Assembly: GCA_963730935.1 (NCBI GenBank)
Contig: CAVSTP010000002.1
Span: 544,001 to 608,000 of the forward strand
Reading direction: 5' to 3'
Length of the DNA stretch: 64,000 nucleotides
Source: an uncultured Nitrospiraceae bacterium
GTDB taxonomy: Bacteria; Nitrospirota; Nitrospiria; Nitrospirales; Nitrospiraceae
Part shown: positions 43,901-56,153 of the stretch, one piece after another
How the letters are laid out: each line of letters opens with the position of its first letter
Position numbering within the stretch: position 1 is the stretch's first letter
Program-made: the position numbers and the translations under genes
Notes under the pieces: model-generated
What the model was told of the DNA's origin: nothing
The model's database searches: none
The model's input: the letters and a program-made list of their open reading frames with translations, nothing else

Positions 43901-46900
43901 ACACCATCACGCTCAATAACGCGAACGACTTCAGCACCGTCGCCATCACCAGCGGCAACACCGTCGTGTTGAACGACATCAATGCGCTCGATCTCGGGGC
44001 TTCCACGATCAGCGGCACCTTGAGCGTCACCACCAACGGCGCCATTACCGATAGCGGCAATCTCACCGTGGTCGGCACGACCACCTTGGCCGCCGGCGCC
44101 GGCAACAACATCACGCTCAACAACGCGAACGACTTCAGCACCGTCGCCATCACCAGCGGCAACACCGTCGTGTTGAACGACATCAATGCGCTCGATCTCG
44201 GGGCTTCCACGATCAGCGGCACCTTGAGCGTCACCACCAATGGGGCGATTACCGAGAGCGGCAATCTCACCGTGGTCGGCACGACCACCTTGGCCGCCGG
44301 CGCCGGCAACACCATCACGCTCAATAACGCGAACGACTTCAGCACGGTGAGCGTCGTGAGCGGCAACAATGTCGTGTTGAACGACATCAATGCGCTCGAT
44401 CTCGGGGCTTCCACGATCAGCGGGACGCTCTCCGTTACCACTAACGGCGCCATTACCGACAGCGGCAATCTCACCGTGGCGGGCACCACGACCCTCGCGG
44501 CGGGCGCCGCCAACAACATCACGCTCAACAACGCGAACGACTTCAGCACGGTGAGCGTCGTGAGCGGCAACACCGTCGTGTTGAACGACATCAATGCGCT
44601 CGATCTCGGGGCTTCCACGATCAGCGGGACGCTCTCCGTTACCACTAACGGCGCCATTACCGACAGCGGCAATCTCACCGTGGCGGGCACCACGACCCTC
44701 GCGGCCGGCGCCGCCAACAACATCACGCTCAACAACGCGAACGACTTCAGCACCGTCGCCATCACCAGCGGCAACACCGTGACCCTCAACGACGTGAATG
44801 CTCTGGATCTTGGCCCTTCCACAGTGGGTACGACCTTGACCGTGACCACCGGAGGGCCGCTGACGCAGAGCGGGCCGATCCTGGTCCCGAATCTTGCGGT
44901 GACCAGCAACGGACCTGTCACTCTGACCAACCCCAGTAACGATGTTGATACCTTCGCAGCTCAAGTGAGCGGTGCAGGAAATGGCATCCAGATGACAGAT
45001 ATCGATAGTCTCACGGTAGGTACGGTGGGGGCACTTAGCGGGATCACCACAAACAATGGCGATATTGCGCTCATCACCGGTGGCGCACTCACCATCAATC
45101 AAGCCTTAGCGGCCGGCACGGCCAACGTGGGCTTAGATGCCGGCGGCGCCGTCACTCAAGGCGCGGCCGGCATCATCACAGGCAACGAACTGAATCTGCG
45201 TGGCTCCGGCCCATTCACGCTCACAAATGCGTCGAATGATGTGAACACCGTTGGAGCCACTACCACGGGGGCCATTCAACTCACCGACGTCGATGATCTC
45301 ACCGTGGGATCGGTCAACGCCGTGGGGACGCTGGCCGTAAGTAGCGGCATCACGGCGGCGGGCAGTGTGACGCTGACGACGACCAACGGTGGGGCACTCA
45401 CGATCGATCAGCCGATTACGACGACCACCAATGGCACGCTCACGCTGACCAATGCGGGCCTCTTAGCGCTTAATGCCAATCTCGATGCCGATGGGGCGAT
45501 CACCCAGAATGGGGCCGGGGCGATTACCACCACGGGCACCCGGACCGTCACCACGACCAATGATGCGGTGAATGTGACTCAAGCCGTCACGCTTGGCGGC
45601 GATCTCACGATCAGCACCGGCACAGGCCCGATTAGCTTTAATAGCACGATCAATGGCGGCGGCAATCTCACGGCCAATAGCACCGGGACCACGACCTTCG
45701 CGGGCCCAGTGGGCGGCATCACGCCGCTCACGAGCCTCACGACCAATACGGGGGGCACGACGGCCCTCAACGGCGGAACAGTCACGACGACGGGGGCGCA
45801 GACCTACAATGATGCGGTCACGTTGGGGGCGGATACGACGCTCACGAGCACGGGCGCCGGCACGCTCACGTTAGGCAGCACGGTCAACGGCGCCCAGAGC
45901 CTGATCGTGAACACCACGGGCCTGACGGCGCTCATGGGCCCCATTGGAGGCACCACACCGTTAACGACGTTGACCACGAACGCGGGCGGCACGACCGATC
46001 TGAACGGCGGGACGGTGGTGACCACGGGCGCCCAGACCTATAACGATGCCGTGCTGCTCAGTGCCGACACGACGCTCACGGCGGGGGTCGGCAATATTAC
46101 GTTTGGGAACACGGTCGACAGTACGGCGGGCAATACGTTTAGCCTGACCGCCAACAGCACGGGCACGACGACCTTCAGCGGCGCCGTGGGGACCACCGAT
46201 GCACTCACGAGCCTGACGACCAACGCGGGGGGCACGACGGCCCTCAACGGCGGGACCATCACGACGACGGGGGCGCAGACCTACAATGATGCGGTCACGT
46301 TGGGGGCGGCCACCACGCTCACCAGTACCGGCGCGGGCACTATCACGCTGGGCTCCACCGTCAACGGCGCGCAGAGCCTCGCCGTCAATACGGCGGGCCT
46401 GACCACGCTGACCGGTCCCGTGGGCGGCGTCACGCCGCTCACCAGCGTGACGACCGATCAGCCGGGCACGGTCACGGTGGGCAGCGTCACCACGACCGGG
46501 GCACAGAGTTATCAGGAGAATACGGTGAGCTTGAACGGCACCTACACCACCACCAACAGCCCGGTCACCGTCGGCACCGCGGCCGCCGCGATCACGCTGG
46601 GTGGGAACACAACGGTGACGACCGGCGCCGGCAATATTCTCTTCAATGGCACGGTGGATGGCGCGCAGAGCCTGACCCTGAACAGTACGGGCACGACGAC
46701 CGTCAGCGGGGCAGTGGGCGGCACGACGCCGCTCACGAGCCTCACGACCAATGCGGGCGGCACGACCGCGGTCAATGGGGGCAGCGTCACGACCACGGGC
46801 AACCAGAGCTACGGCGATGCCGTCACGATGAATCAAGCCACCACCTTCACGACCACCGGCGGCGGCAGCAGCGTGAGCTTCGGCAATAACGTGACCAATA

Positions 46901-49900
46901 CGTTGGCCGGGGCCTCCCTCACCGTGAATACGCCGGCCCTCAGTTTGGCCAACGGCAGCACGGTGGCGACCACGGGTAACGGCAACATCAGCTTTATCGT
47001 CGATGGCCTCACGCCCGGTACCGCCAGCATCAATGCGGGCACGGGCACCTTCCAGATCAGCCCCTCCACGCCGACCAAGACCATTGAGTACGGCGATGTG
47101 GATACGGCGCGCGTGACGGATGTCTATTACGGCTCGACGTTCACCAACATTACCGCCGGCCAGTTCACGATCGGCGGGGCGACCCAGACGGGCGACATCT
47201 TTGTGACGGGCGTGGCCGCAGCCCCGGCCGCCACGACGCTGCAGACCACCGGGACCGGCGCCGTCACCTTCGAGACGGCCCCCTATGTGACGGGCAATCT
47301 GGATCTGGGCGTCGTCAGTGGGAGCGGGGGCATCACGCTGGGCCAGAACGTGACCCTGGGCACCGGGACGCTGCGGCTCACCACCACCGGCGCAATCACG
47401 CAGACTGGGGGCAGTCTCACGGCGGATCTCCTCGGCGCCTCGGCCGGCACGAGCATCACGCTCAATCAGGCGGGCAACGATGTGAATGTCGTGGCCGCGC
47501 AAAGTGCGGCCGGCGGGATCACCCTGCGCGATAGCGACGATCTGGTCCTTGGTGCCGCGCCCGCGGTCGCCGGCCTGCATCCCGCGATCAATGGGCTCAC
47601 CGCCCCCGGGCAAAGCGTGACCCTGACCACGGACGGCGCCTTGAGTCAGACCCAGCCCATCGTCGCCGACAGTCTCACGGCCACGACGCTCAATAATGCG
47701 GGGGCCGCGATCACGCTGACCGATCCGGGCAATGCGGTCACCACCGTGACGCTCCAGGCCCGCAATGCCGCCAATACGACCGATGCCGCCGGAGCCATTG
47801 CCTATCGCGATAGCGATGGCGTGGATATCGCCGGTGTGCGCACGACCAGTACCTTCGATCTCACGACCGCTGGGCCGATCACCAGTAGCGGCGCCCTGAT
47901 CGTGGGTGGCACGACCACGCTCACCGCTGGCGCGGCCAACAACATCACACTGAACAACGCCAACGACTTCAGCACGGTGAGCGTCGTGAGCGGCAACAAC
48001 GTGACGCTCAACGATGTGAATGCCCTGGATCTCGGCGCCTCGACCATCAGTGGCGGGCTCACCGTCACCACCAATGGCGCGATTACGGATAGCGGCAATC
48101 TCACCGTGGCCGGCACGACGACCTTGGCGGCCGGGGCGGGCAACAACATCACCTTGAATAACGCCAACGATTTCAGCACGGTCGCCATCACCAGCGGCAA
48201 CACCGTCGTATTGAACGACATCAATGCGCTCGATCTCGGGGCTTCCACCATCAGCGGCGGGCTCACCGTCACCACCAATGGCGCGATTACCGATAGCGGG
48301 AACGTGACCGTGGTTGGCACGACGACCCTCGCCGCCGGGGCGGGCAACACCATCACGCTCAACAACGCGAACGACTTCAGCACCGTCAGTGTCGTGAGCG
48401 GCAACACCGTGACCCTCAACGATGTGAATGCCCTGGATCTCGGCGCCTCGACCATCAGTGGCGGGCTCACCGTCACCACCAATGGCGCGATTACCGATAG
48501 CGGCAATCTCACCGTGGTCGGCCCGACCACCTTGGCCGCCGGCGCCGGCAACAACATCACGCTCAACAACGCGAACGACTTCAGCACGGTGAGCGTCGTG
48601 AGCGGCAACAATGTCGTGTTGAACGACATCAATGCGCTCGATCTCGGGGCTTCCACGATCAGCGGCGCGCTCTCCGTCACCACCAATGGCGCGATTACCG
48701 ATAGCGGCAATTTGACCGTGGTTGGCCCGACCACCTTGGCCGCCGGCGCCGGCAACAACATCACCTTGAACAACGCCAACGACTTCAGCACGGTGAGCGT
48801 CGTGAGCGGCAACACTGTGACGCTCAACGATGTGAATGCGCTCGATCTCGGCGCTTCCACCATCAACGGCGCCTTGAGCGTCACCACCAATGGCGCCATT
48901 ACCGATAGCGGGAACGTGACCGTGGTTGGCCCGACCACCCTCGCCGCCGGCGCGGGCAACAACATCACCTTGAACAACGCCAACGACTTCAGCACCGTCA
49001 GCGTCGTGAGCGGCAACACCGTCGTGTTGAACGACATCAATGCGCTCGATCTCGGGGCTTCCACCATCAGCGGGACGCTCTCCGTTACCACCAACGGTGC
49101 GATTACCGATAGCGGCAATTTGACCGTGGTTGGCCCGACCACCCTCGCCGCCGGGGCGGGCAACAACATCACCTTGAACAACGCCAACGATTTCAGCACC
49201 GTCAGCGTCGTGAGCGGCAACACCGTGACGCTCAACGATGTGAATGCGCTCGATCTCGGCGCTTCCACCATCAGCGGCACCTTGAGCATCACCACCAACG
49301 GGGCCATTACCGACAGCGGTGCGCTCAGCGTCGTGGGGACCACGACCCTCACCGCCGGGGCCGCCAACAACATCACCTTAAACAACGCCAACGACTTCAG
49401 CACGGTCAGTGTCGTGAGCGGCAACACTGTGGTGCTCAACGACGTGAACGCGCTGGATCTCGGCGCCTCCACCATCAGCGGGGATCTGAATGTCACCACC
49501 GGCGGGGCCGTGACGCAGTCGGGCGCCCTGACCGTGGCCGGCAATGCCGCCTTCGATACCTCCGCCGCGGCCACCTTAGGCTCGGTGAGCTTCACCGATA
49601 GCAATGCGTTGACGTTGAACAACTCGCTGGTGGGCGGCAACCTGACCGTCACCACGGGCGCCGGCGATATCACGCTGCCCGCGGGCCAGACCCTGACGGT
49701 GGCGGGCAATATCACCTTGACCCCGGCCGGGGCAGTGGATCTACAAGGCACCACCCAGATCGGCGGCACCCAATCCTATGTGGGCGGCACGGGCTCCACC
49801 TTTGTGCTCGGCGCGGATACCAATCTCAATACCTTGCCGTTGCCCGCGTCCGGCTCCGTCACGGTCAATACGACCGGCACCACCACGACCTTTGGCGGTC

Positions 49901-52900
49901 CGCCGATCCTGGGCCAAGCCATTGATCTCCCCCATGCCGGCAATAGCATCGGCGGCACCGTGCGGTTTACCACTGCCGCCCCGGCCGTGACCGGCGCGAC
50001 CCAAAACACCTATAACCTCACGCAGAGTGCTCCGGTCACCTTCAATCCCGGGCAAACCTTGACGGTCACGGACTTGGGCGGCACGGCCGGCAAGCGCGGC
50101 AATATCAGCCTGCCCAATGCCGCCAACACGTTCCAGGATGTGAATCTGCTCGGCGGCAATCTGGCCCTGACCGATAGCGGCCCGCTGAATATCGGCGCCA
50201 CCGGCCTCAGTGCCAATGCCGGCACCACCAGCACCGGCACCCTCGCCTTGACCAGCACCGGGGCGATCACCCAGAGCGGCCCGATCACCGCGGCCGGCCT
50301 CACGACGCTTACGGCGGGCGCGGCCAACAACATTCTGCTCAATCACGCCGCCAACGACTTCAGCACCGTCAGTGTCGTGAGCGGCAACAATGTCGTGTTG
50401 AACGACATCAATGCGCTCGATCTCGGGGCTTCCACGATCAGCGGGACGCTCTCCGTTACCACTAACGGCGCGATTACCGATAGCGGCAATCTCACCGTGG
50501 TCGGCACGACCACCTTGGCCGCCGGCGCCGGCAACAACATCACCTTGAATAACGCCAACGACTTCAGCACGGTGAGCGTCGTGAGCGGCAACAATGTCGT
50601 GTTGAACGACATCAATGCGCTCGATCTCGGGGCTTCCACGATCAGCGGCACCTTGAGCGTTACCACCAACGGCGCCATTACCGAGAGCGGCAATTTGACC
50701 GTGACCGGCCCGACCACCTTGGCGGCCGGGGCGGGCAACAACATTACCTTGAACAACGCCAACGACTTCAGCACGGTCAGTGTCGTGAGCGGCAATAATG
50801 TGGCGTTGAACGACATCAATGCCTTGGATCTCGGCGCTTCCACCATCAGCGGCGCCCTCACCGTCACCACCAATGGGGCGATTACCGAGAGCGGCAATTT
50901 GACCGTGACCGGCCCGACCACCTTGGCCGCGGGGGCCGGCAACAACATTACCTTGAACAACGCCAACGACTTCAGCACGGTCAGTGTCGTGAGCGGCAAT
51001 AATGTGGCGTTGAACGACATCAATGCCTTGGATCTCGGCGCCTCCACAGTGAGTAGCACGCTGACGGTGACGACCGGCGGCGCCCTGACCCAGAGCGGGA
51101 CGGTGGTTGCCCCCAATCTGGCCGTGACCAGCAGTGGCCCCGTCACCTTGACCAATGCGGCCAATGATTTCGATACCGTGGCGTTCCAAGTGGCAGGCGC
51201 GGGCAACGGCGTACAGCTCACCGATGTCGATGGCCTCACGGTGGGCACGGTCGGCGCGGTCACGGGCATCACCGCCGCCGGCAATGTGGCGCTGACGACG
51301 ACCAACGGCGGGGCGCTCACGATCGCTCAACCGATCACGACCACCAACACCGGCACCCTCACGCTCACCAATGCCGGCACGCTGGCGCTCAATGCCAATC
51401 TCGATGCCGATGGCCCGATCACGCAGAACGGGGCAGGCGCGATCACAGCGACCGGCGCCCGCACGGTCACCACGACCAACGATGCGGTGACCTTGACGCA
51501 AGGCCTCACCTTGGGCGGCGATCTCACGATCAGCACCGGTACGGGCCCGATTGCTTTCAACAGCACCGTTAACGGCGGCGGCAATCTCACGGCCAATAGC
51601 ACCGGTACCACCACCTTTGCCGGCGCGGTCGGCGCCGTCACGCCGTTGACCTCACTCACGACCAATGCGGGCGGGACGACCGCCCTCAACGGCGGCACGG
51701 TCGTGACGACGGGCGCGCAGACCTACATTGATGCGGTGACGCTCGGCGCGGATACGACGCTGACCAGCACGGGCGCGGGCGCGATCACCCTGAACGGCAC
51801 CGTCAACGGCGCCCAGAGCCTGACCGTGAACACCGCGGGCGCCACGACCTTGGCCGGCCCGATCGGCGGCGGCACGCCGCTCACCAGCGTCACGACCGAT
51901 CAGCCGGGCATCGTTACGGTGGGGAGTGTGACGACGACCGGGGCGCAGAGCTATCAGGAGAATACGGTCAGCTTGGGCGGCACCTATACGACCACCAATA
52001 GTGCGTTCACCGCGGGCACGGCCGCGGCCGCGGTGACGTTGGGCGGCGCCACGACCATCACGACCGGCACCGGCACGATTCTCGTCAACGGCACTATTGA
52101 TGGCGCCCAGAGCCTGACCCTCAATAGCACCGGCACGACGACGCTCGCCGGCGCGGTGGGCGGCACCACGCCGTTGACCGCGCTCACGACCAATGCGGGC
52201 GGCACCACGGCCGTGAACGGCGGCAGCGTCACCACGACCGGCAATCAAACCTATGGCGATGCCGTCACGATGAATCAAGCGACCACACTCACGAGTACGG
52301 CTGGAACCGTGCAGTTCGACAATACGGTCACGAACTCCGTCGGCGGCGCCAGCATTACAGTGGATGCCCTGACGATTACCTTGAATGCCGCCACGACGAT
52401 GGCGACCACCAATGGCAACCTCAGCTTCTTTACCGATACGCTCAACACGAATGGCGCAAGCATCAATGCCGGCACCGGCGCCTTTGCGATTGCGCCCAGT
52501 ACCGTGACGAAGACGATTGAATTCGGCGATGTGGATACCGCCCGCACGACCGATGTGTACTACAGCTCCAACTTCGGCAGCATCGTGGCCGGAAGCTTTA
52601 CGGTCGGTCGTCCCGCTCAGACTGGAGATATTTTTGTCACCGGCGTGGCTAGCTTGACGACACCACTCACGGTCATCAACGGAGGGACCGGTGCTCTGAC
52701 CGTAGAAAACGCGGCTCTCACGAGTCCGAACAACAGCTCTGTGGGTCTTGTCAGCGGGTCCGGTGGGACGACCTTGGCTGCCGATGTGAACGTCGGCACC
52801 GGTACATTGCGGATCACAAGCACAGGCGCCATTGCTCAAAGCGGGGGAGCAATTACGGCCGATACACTTGCTCTGGCCGCAGGAACCGGCATCAACGTTG

Positions 52901-54207
52901 CGCAAGCCGGAAACGATGTCACAACACTCGCCGCTCAGACGGCAGTAGGTGGATTGGCCTTCCGCGATAGTGACGGCTTTATCATTGGCAGCATCGTGGC
53001 CAGCGGCGACGGGTTCCATCCGGCCATCACCGGTCTCAACGCCGGCGTTTCGGATGTGGCCTTGTCCGCTGGCGGACCAGTGACGCAGACCGCACCTATT
53101 AATGCCGGTGGACTGAGCCTTCAGGGAACTGGTCCCTATACGCTGACTCACGGTGCCAACGACGTTGAAACGATCGCGGCCAACACCACGGGAACCATTG
53201 AGTTCACCGACGTCGATGATCTCACCGTTGGCGCTGTGGCCGCAGTCGGCACGATCCCGGCCTCCGGCGGCCTCACCAGCGGCAACAACGATATCGCCCT
53301 CATCACCGGCGGGGCCCTCACGCTTAATCAGGCCGTTAATGCCGGTACGGCCGATGTGGGCTTGCAGGCCAATGGCCCCGTCACTCAAGGCGCGGCCGGC
53401 AACATCACCGCCAATGAACTCAATCTCCGCGGCAGCGGGCCCTTCACGCTCACGAACAATGCCAATGATGTGAACACCGTGGGCGCAACCGTCACCGGCA
53501 CGCTCCAGCTCACCGACGTCGATGATCTCACCGTTGGCGCTGTGGCCGCAGTCGGTACGATCCCGGCCTCCGGCGGCCTCACCAGCGGCAACAACGATAT
53601 CGCCCTCATCACCGGCGGGGCCCTCACGCTTAATCAGGCCGTTAATGCCGGTACGGGCAACATAGGGATTGCGTCGGGAGGATCCACGACTCAAGGTGGA
53701 GCCGGTCAATTAACGGGAGATAATTTGAATCTCCAAGGCAATGGACCATACGTCCTGACGAATCCAAATAACGACATCAACACCGCCGGCGGAACCGTGT
53801 TGGCTTCTCTCGTATCGATTGCCGACATCAATGGCTTCACGGTTGGTAACGTGCCGGCGGTGGGGACGTTACCGGCCGCCGGACCGTTCCCAAACGCTCC
53901 ACCATCTATTTTCGCAACCGTCGGCGGCCGCGGACTCTTGCAGGGGGTGGAAAGCACATTCGTTTACTTGAACCCGGAAACATTCATTCCCCTTTACTAT
54001 CCTTTCGGCCATCCAATGTTGGGATGGACAATCCGGAGTGTCACATCACTGTATGTGCCTACCACTCCGCTCAATTTGCCCTTGTTTGACAACAGGGCCT
54101 CCGGGACGCAATCGGTTGGTGGTTCTGGAAGTTGTGGTGAGCGATCCGGCGAGAAGGAAGACCAATCGGCGCCCAGAGGCGGCTGTGAGGAGGGCGTCAT
54201 TAAGTAG
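28933..54207 (+). CDS. Giant filamentous-haemagglutinin-type TpsA adhesin, about 8,424 aa once two compensating 1-nt indels (about 41115 and about 41574) are corrected
   Basis: Signal peptide, TPS domain (ILNWNSFSI, LNRVTG, INPNGILFG), GGQIETSG, LLDP, then Gly/Thr/Asn/Ala beta-helix repeats. ORFs 28933-41142 and 41578-54207 share one frame and the same 68-aa repeat continues through the frameshifted 41139-41663 ORF. Confidence 0.9.
34294..37337 (+). repeat. About 5 near-identical tandem 621-bp (207-aa) units within tpsA
   Basis: Unit starts at 34294, 34915, 35533, 36154 and 36775 (periods 621, 618, 621, 621; last unit truncated). Older diverged units lie at about 31780-33900. Confidence 0.95.
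38242..43598 (+). repeat. 5.36-kb direct duplication, copy 1 (offset 7449 bp)
   Basis: Near-identical to 45691-51047; identical antisense ORFs recur at +7449 (e.g. 38512/45961, 42327/49776). Confidence 0.95.
40489..42033 (+). repeat. 204-bp (68-aa) tandem repeat block A, about 8 units
   Basis: NNITLNNANDFSTVSVVSGN..LNDINALDLGASTISG.L.VTTNGAITDSGNLTV.G.TTLAAGAG recurring at 204-bp period. Confidence 0.95.
42877..44815 (+). repeat. 204-bp tandem repeat block B, about 10 units
   Basis: Same unit; starts at 43084, 43288, ... 44716. Confidence 0.95.
45691..51047 (+). repeat. 5.36-kb direct duplication, copy 2; contains 204-bp blocks C (47938-49482, about 8 units) and D (50326-51047, about 4 units)
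   Basis: Near-identical to 38242-43598 and free of frameshifts. Confidence 0.95.
53206..53656 (+). repeat. 145-bp direct repeat near the tpsA 3' end (53206-53350 and 53512-53656)
   Basis: Near-identical segments at 306-bp offset (TDVDDLTVGAVAAVGTIPASGG...). Confidence 0.9.
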
Positions 54208-54365
54208 TTATGCATAGCTGATCGATGCGAAAGACAGACTCTAGAGACCCAATTGCCTTTATAAGACTATGATTATATTAGTAGTTTTTGGTATTTTCTC
54301 CTCCATCCTTCCGTAGCCCCTCTTCAGGGCAATGCGCTTTTCCTGAAATCTGCGACACTTTTAGT

Positions 54366-55622
54366 ATGGACAGGATCGATCACAGACCGGCCCTACGCCC
54401 TGCCATACGATTATGTCCTACACAAATAGGTGTGGTTTGGATCATCACACTCACCCTCGCTATGGGGGTGCTGACCACAACGGCCGCCGCTCAGGATCAA
54501 TCCGAGCATCGCACGATTCTTAACCAGAAGAGTTTCTCATTCGTCGTCGACGAGATTAGTCGGTTACTGGGGCCGAGGGAGCAGCCTATTGCCTTGCACC
54601 GGGTCATCGGGATCGACCAGTCGCTGACAATGAGTCAACTCTCGAAGGACAACCGACTGGTTGTGATCAATCCTCATCGAGTGTTATTCGCCGATTTTGG
54701 ATTCGTCGATACGGGCGAATTCCTGGCGACCACGTTGCGGGTCCGTGGCAGCCGCGACGCCAAGGCTGCCGTCAGCACCAGTACCGTCCGCGTCTCCGAA
54801 CACGGATATATTGCATTGATGACACCTGGTGTCACAACCGAAGCCGTCGTCATTGCAGCCGTGAGCACGGCACCATCGGATGCTGAACAGAAGATCCTGT
54901 TTGATTTCATGAGCGATGGCCTCATCCGGTATGCCATCGGGGAAAGCGAACTGAATCACTTCACCGGGGTCGATGGAAAGGCCTTGATCAAGGCCTCATC
55001 TGACGGAGAGCGGCTCGAAGCTGGCTCCGGGCAGATGTTGATGAATGCCAGGTCGGCCGCCGACATCCAACGGTCCGTGATGAATATCGGCAATGTCACT
55101 CGTGCTCGACGCTTGGTGGTTGAAAACAGCTCAATCCGACTTGAGGGAGAGAGCCCACTTGCGGCGAGCGTGAGGCGGCCAAGCAGCTCGCTCTCCCATG
55201 AAAATGCAAGCAGCAAACCCCTTCACAAGGAGCTTGAAAACAAGGCGGCTCAAGCGGATATAGCCACCGCGAAGGTCAGTCCCATGTCATCGAGCTCAAA
55301 TCACGATGCGCTGCATACGTCTGACAACAAGGGTACACCTATGAACAGCACGTCTCTCCTGCACAAGCGGTTGCAGAGTCGGCCACCAGCTGTAGCGAAC
55401 AAACCCCTCCCACGATCCAGGGAGTCCACACTTCAGCAAGCCGGCCGAACCGAAGGCAAGAGCGGAGCAAAAGGCAAAATGAAAGCCCAAAAGTCGACCC
55501 CTCACGCACGAGCTCAGCAACCACCGTCTGCGCTGTCGATCCCTCATCAGCCGGTTCTGCCGGATTGGATGAAGTATCTTCCGAAGAGTGAAGGCACCAC
55601 TGACAATCCAGCGGTCCCCTAG
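54366..55622 (+). CDS. Exported protein made of a degenerate TPS (haemagglutination-activity) domain and a low-complexity basic tail
   Basis: Signal peptide (TTTAAA-Q); colinear similarity to the TpsA N-terminus from ILNQKSFSF to SSIRLEGESP. Start codon uncertain. Confidence 0.8.
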   Translation: MDRIDHRPALRPAIRLCPTQIGVVWIITLTLAMGVLTTTAAAQDQSEHRTILNQKSFSFVVDEISRLLGPREQPIALHRVIGIDQSLTMSQLSKDNRLVVINPHRVLFADFGFVDTGEFLATTLRVRGSRDAKAAVSTSTVRVSEHGYIALMTPGVTTEAVVIAAVSTAPSDAEQKILFDFMSDGLIRYAIGESELNHFTGVDGKALIKASSDGERLEAGSGQMLMNARSAADIQRSVMNIGNVTRARRLVVENSSIRLEGESPLAASVRRPSSSLSHENASSKPLHKELENKAAQADIATAKVSPMSSSSNHDALHTSDNKGTPMNSTSLLHKRLQSRPPAVANKPLPRSRESTLQQAGRTEGKSGAKGKMKAQKSTPHARAQQPPSALSIPHQPVLPDWMKYLPKSEGTTDNPAVP

Positions 55623-55636
55623 CGATCTACCACGGG

Positions 55637-56134
55637 TTACGTGAACCGTCGTACCTGCTCGTTGAGGATTTGAGCAATCATGGAAGTGTCGAACGGCCAC
55701 GCGTATTGGATCGAGACTTCCGGATGTCTCGCTCTCACGCCATGAAGTATTTCCGGAATCTCGATCTCCGAATGGGCGCCCCCGGGTGTGAACATCGTGG
55801 TCGCCACGGTGATGCGAGTCGCGCCTTGCCTGATGAGGTCTTCGATCGATTCCTCCACACTGGGGGCGCAGAATTCGTTGTAGGCTAACGCAAAGAGAGC
55901 GCCATCCAGCAGCGGCCGCAAAGCGGCGCCGACCGCTTCCAACCCAGCTCGATAGGGATCAGTGGCGGCCGTCCTTGGCCACTGGCGGATGGTGGCGTCC
56001 AGTTCCCGTTCTTCGGCCGACGGAGGTGTGCCGGCAGCGCGCCGTTGGGCCTCTAAGCGTTTAAATTTGCTGACGAGTTCAGCCGGACAATCCTTCGCAA
56101 TGCCCCCGTGACCGACCAATACCACGCCACGCAT
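55637..56134 (-). CDS. CbiX/SirB-family sirohydrochlorin chelatase (short form)
   Basis: VLVGHG, AYNEFCAPS, MFTPGGAHSEIEIP (two metal-binding His). Confidence 0.85.
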   Translation of the reverse strand: MRGVVLVGHGGIAKDCPAELVSKFKRLEAQRRAAGTPPSAEERELDATIRQWPRTAATDPYRAGLEAVGAALRPLLDGALFALAYNEFCAPSVEESIEDLIRQGATRITVATTMFTPGGAHSEIEIPEILHGVRARHPEVSIQYAWPFDTSMIAQILNEQVRRFT

Positions 56135-56153
56135 GACACGCTCCTTGTCTATG

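Noticed and set aside
40489..44815. Regular tandem repeats resembling a CRISPR array or diversity-generating cassettes
   Set aside because: Units are 204 bp, in-frame and coding, with no unique spacers. No cas or reverse-transcriptase gene is present, and variation is not adenine-specific.
40353..53709. Very long antisense ORFs (e.g. 42292-45102, 42894-44930, 47802-49769, 51652-53709)
   Set aside because: Shadows of the repetitive, codon-biased tpsA; they repeat with the same periods and carry no independent motifs.
53900..55622. CdiA toxin / CdiI immunity interpretation
   Set aside because: No VENN-like pre-toxin motif or toxin-sized C-terminal domain; the downstream gene is an exported TPS-domain paralog, not a small immunity protein.
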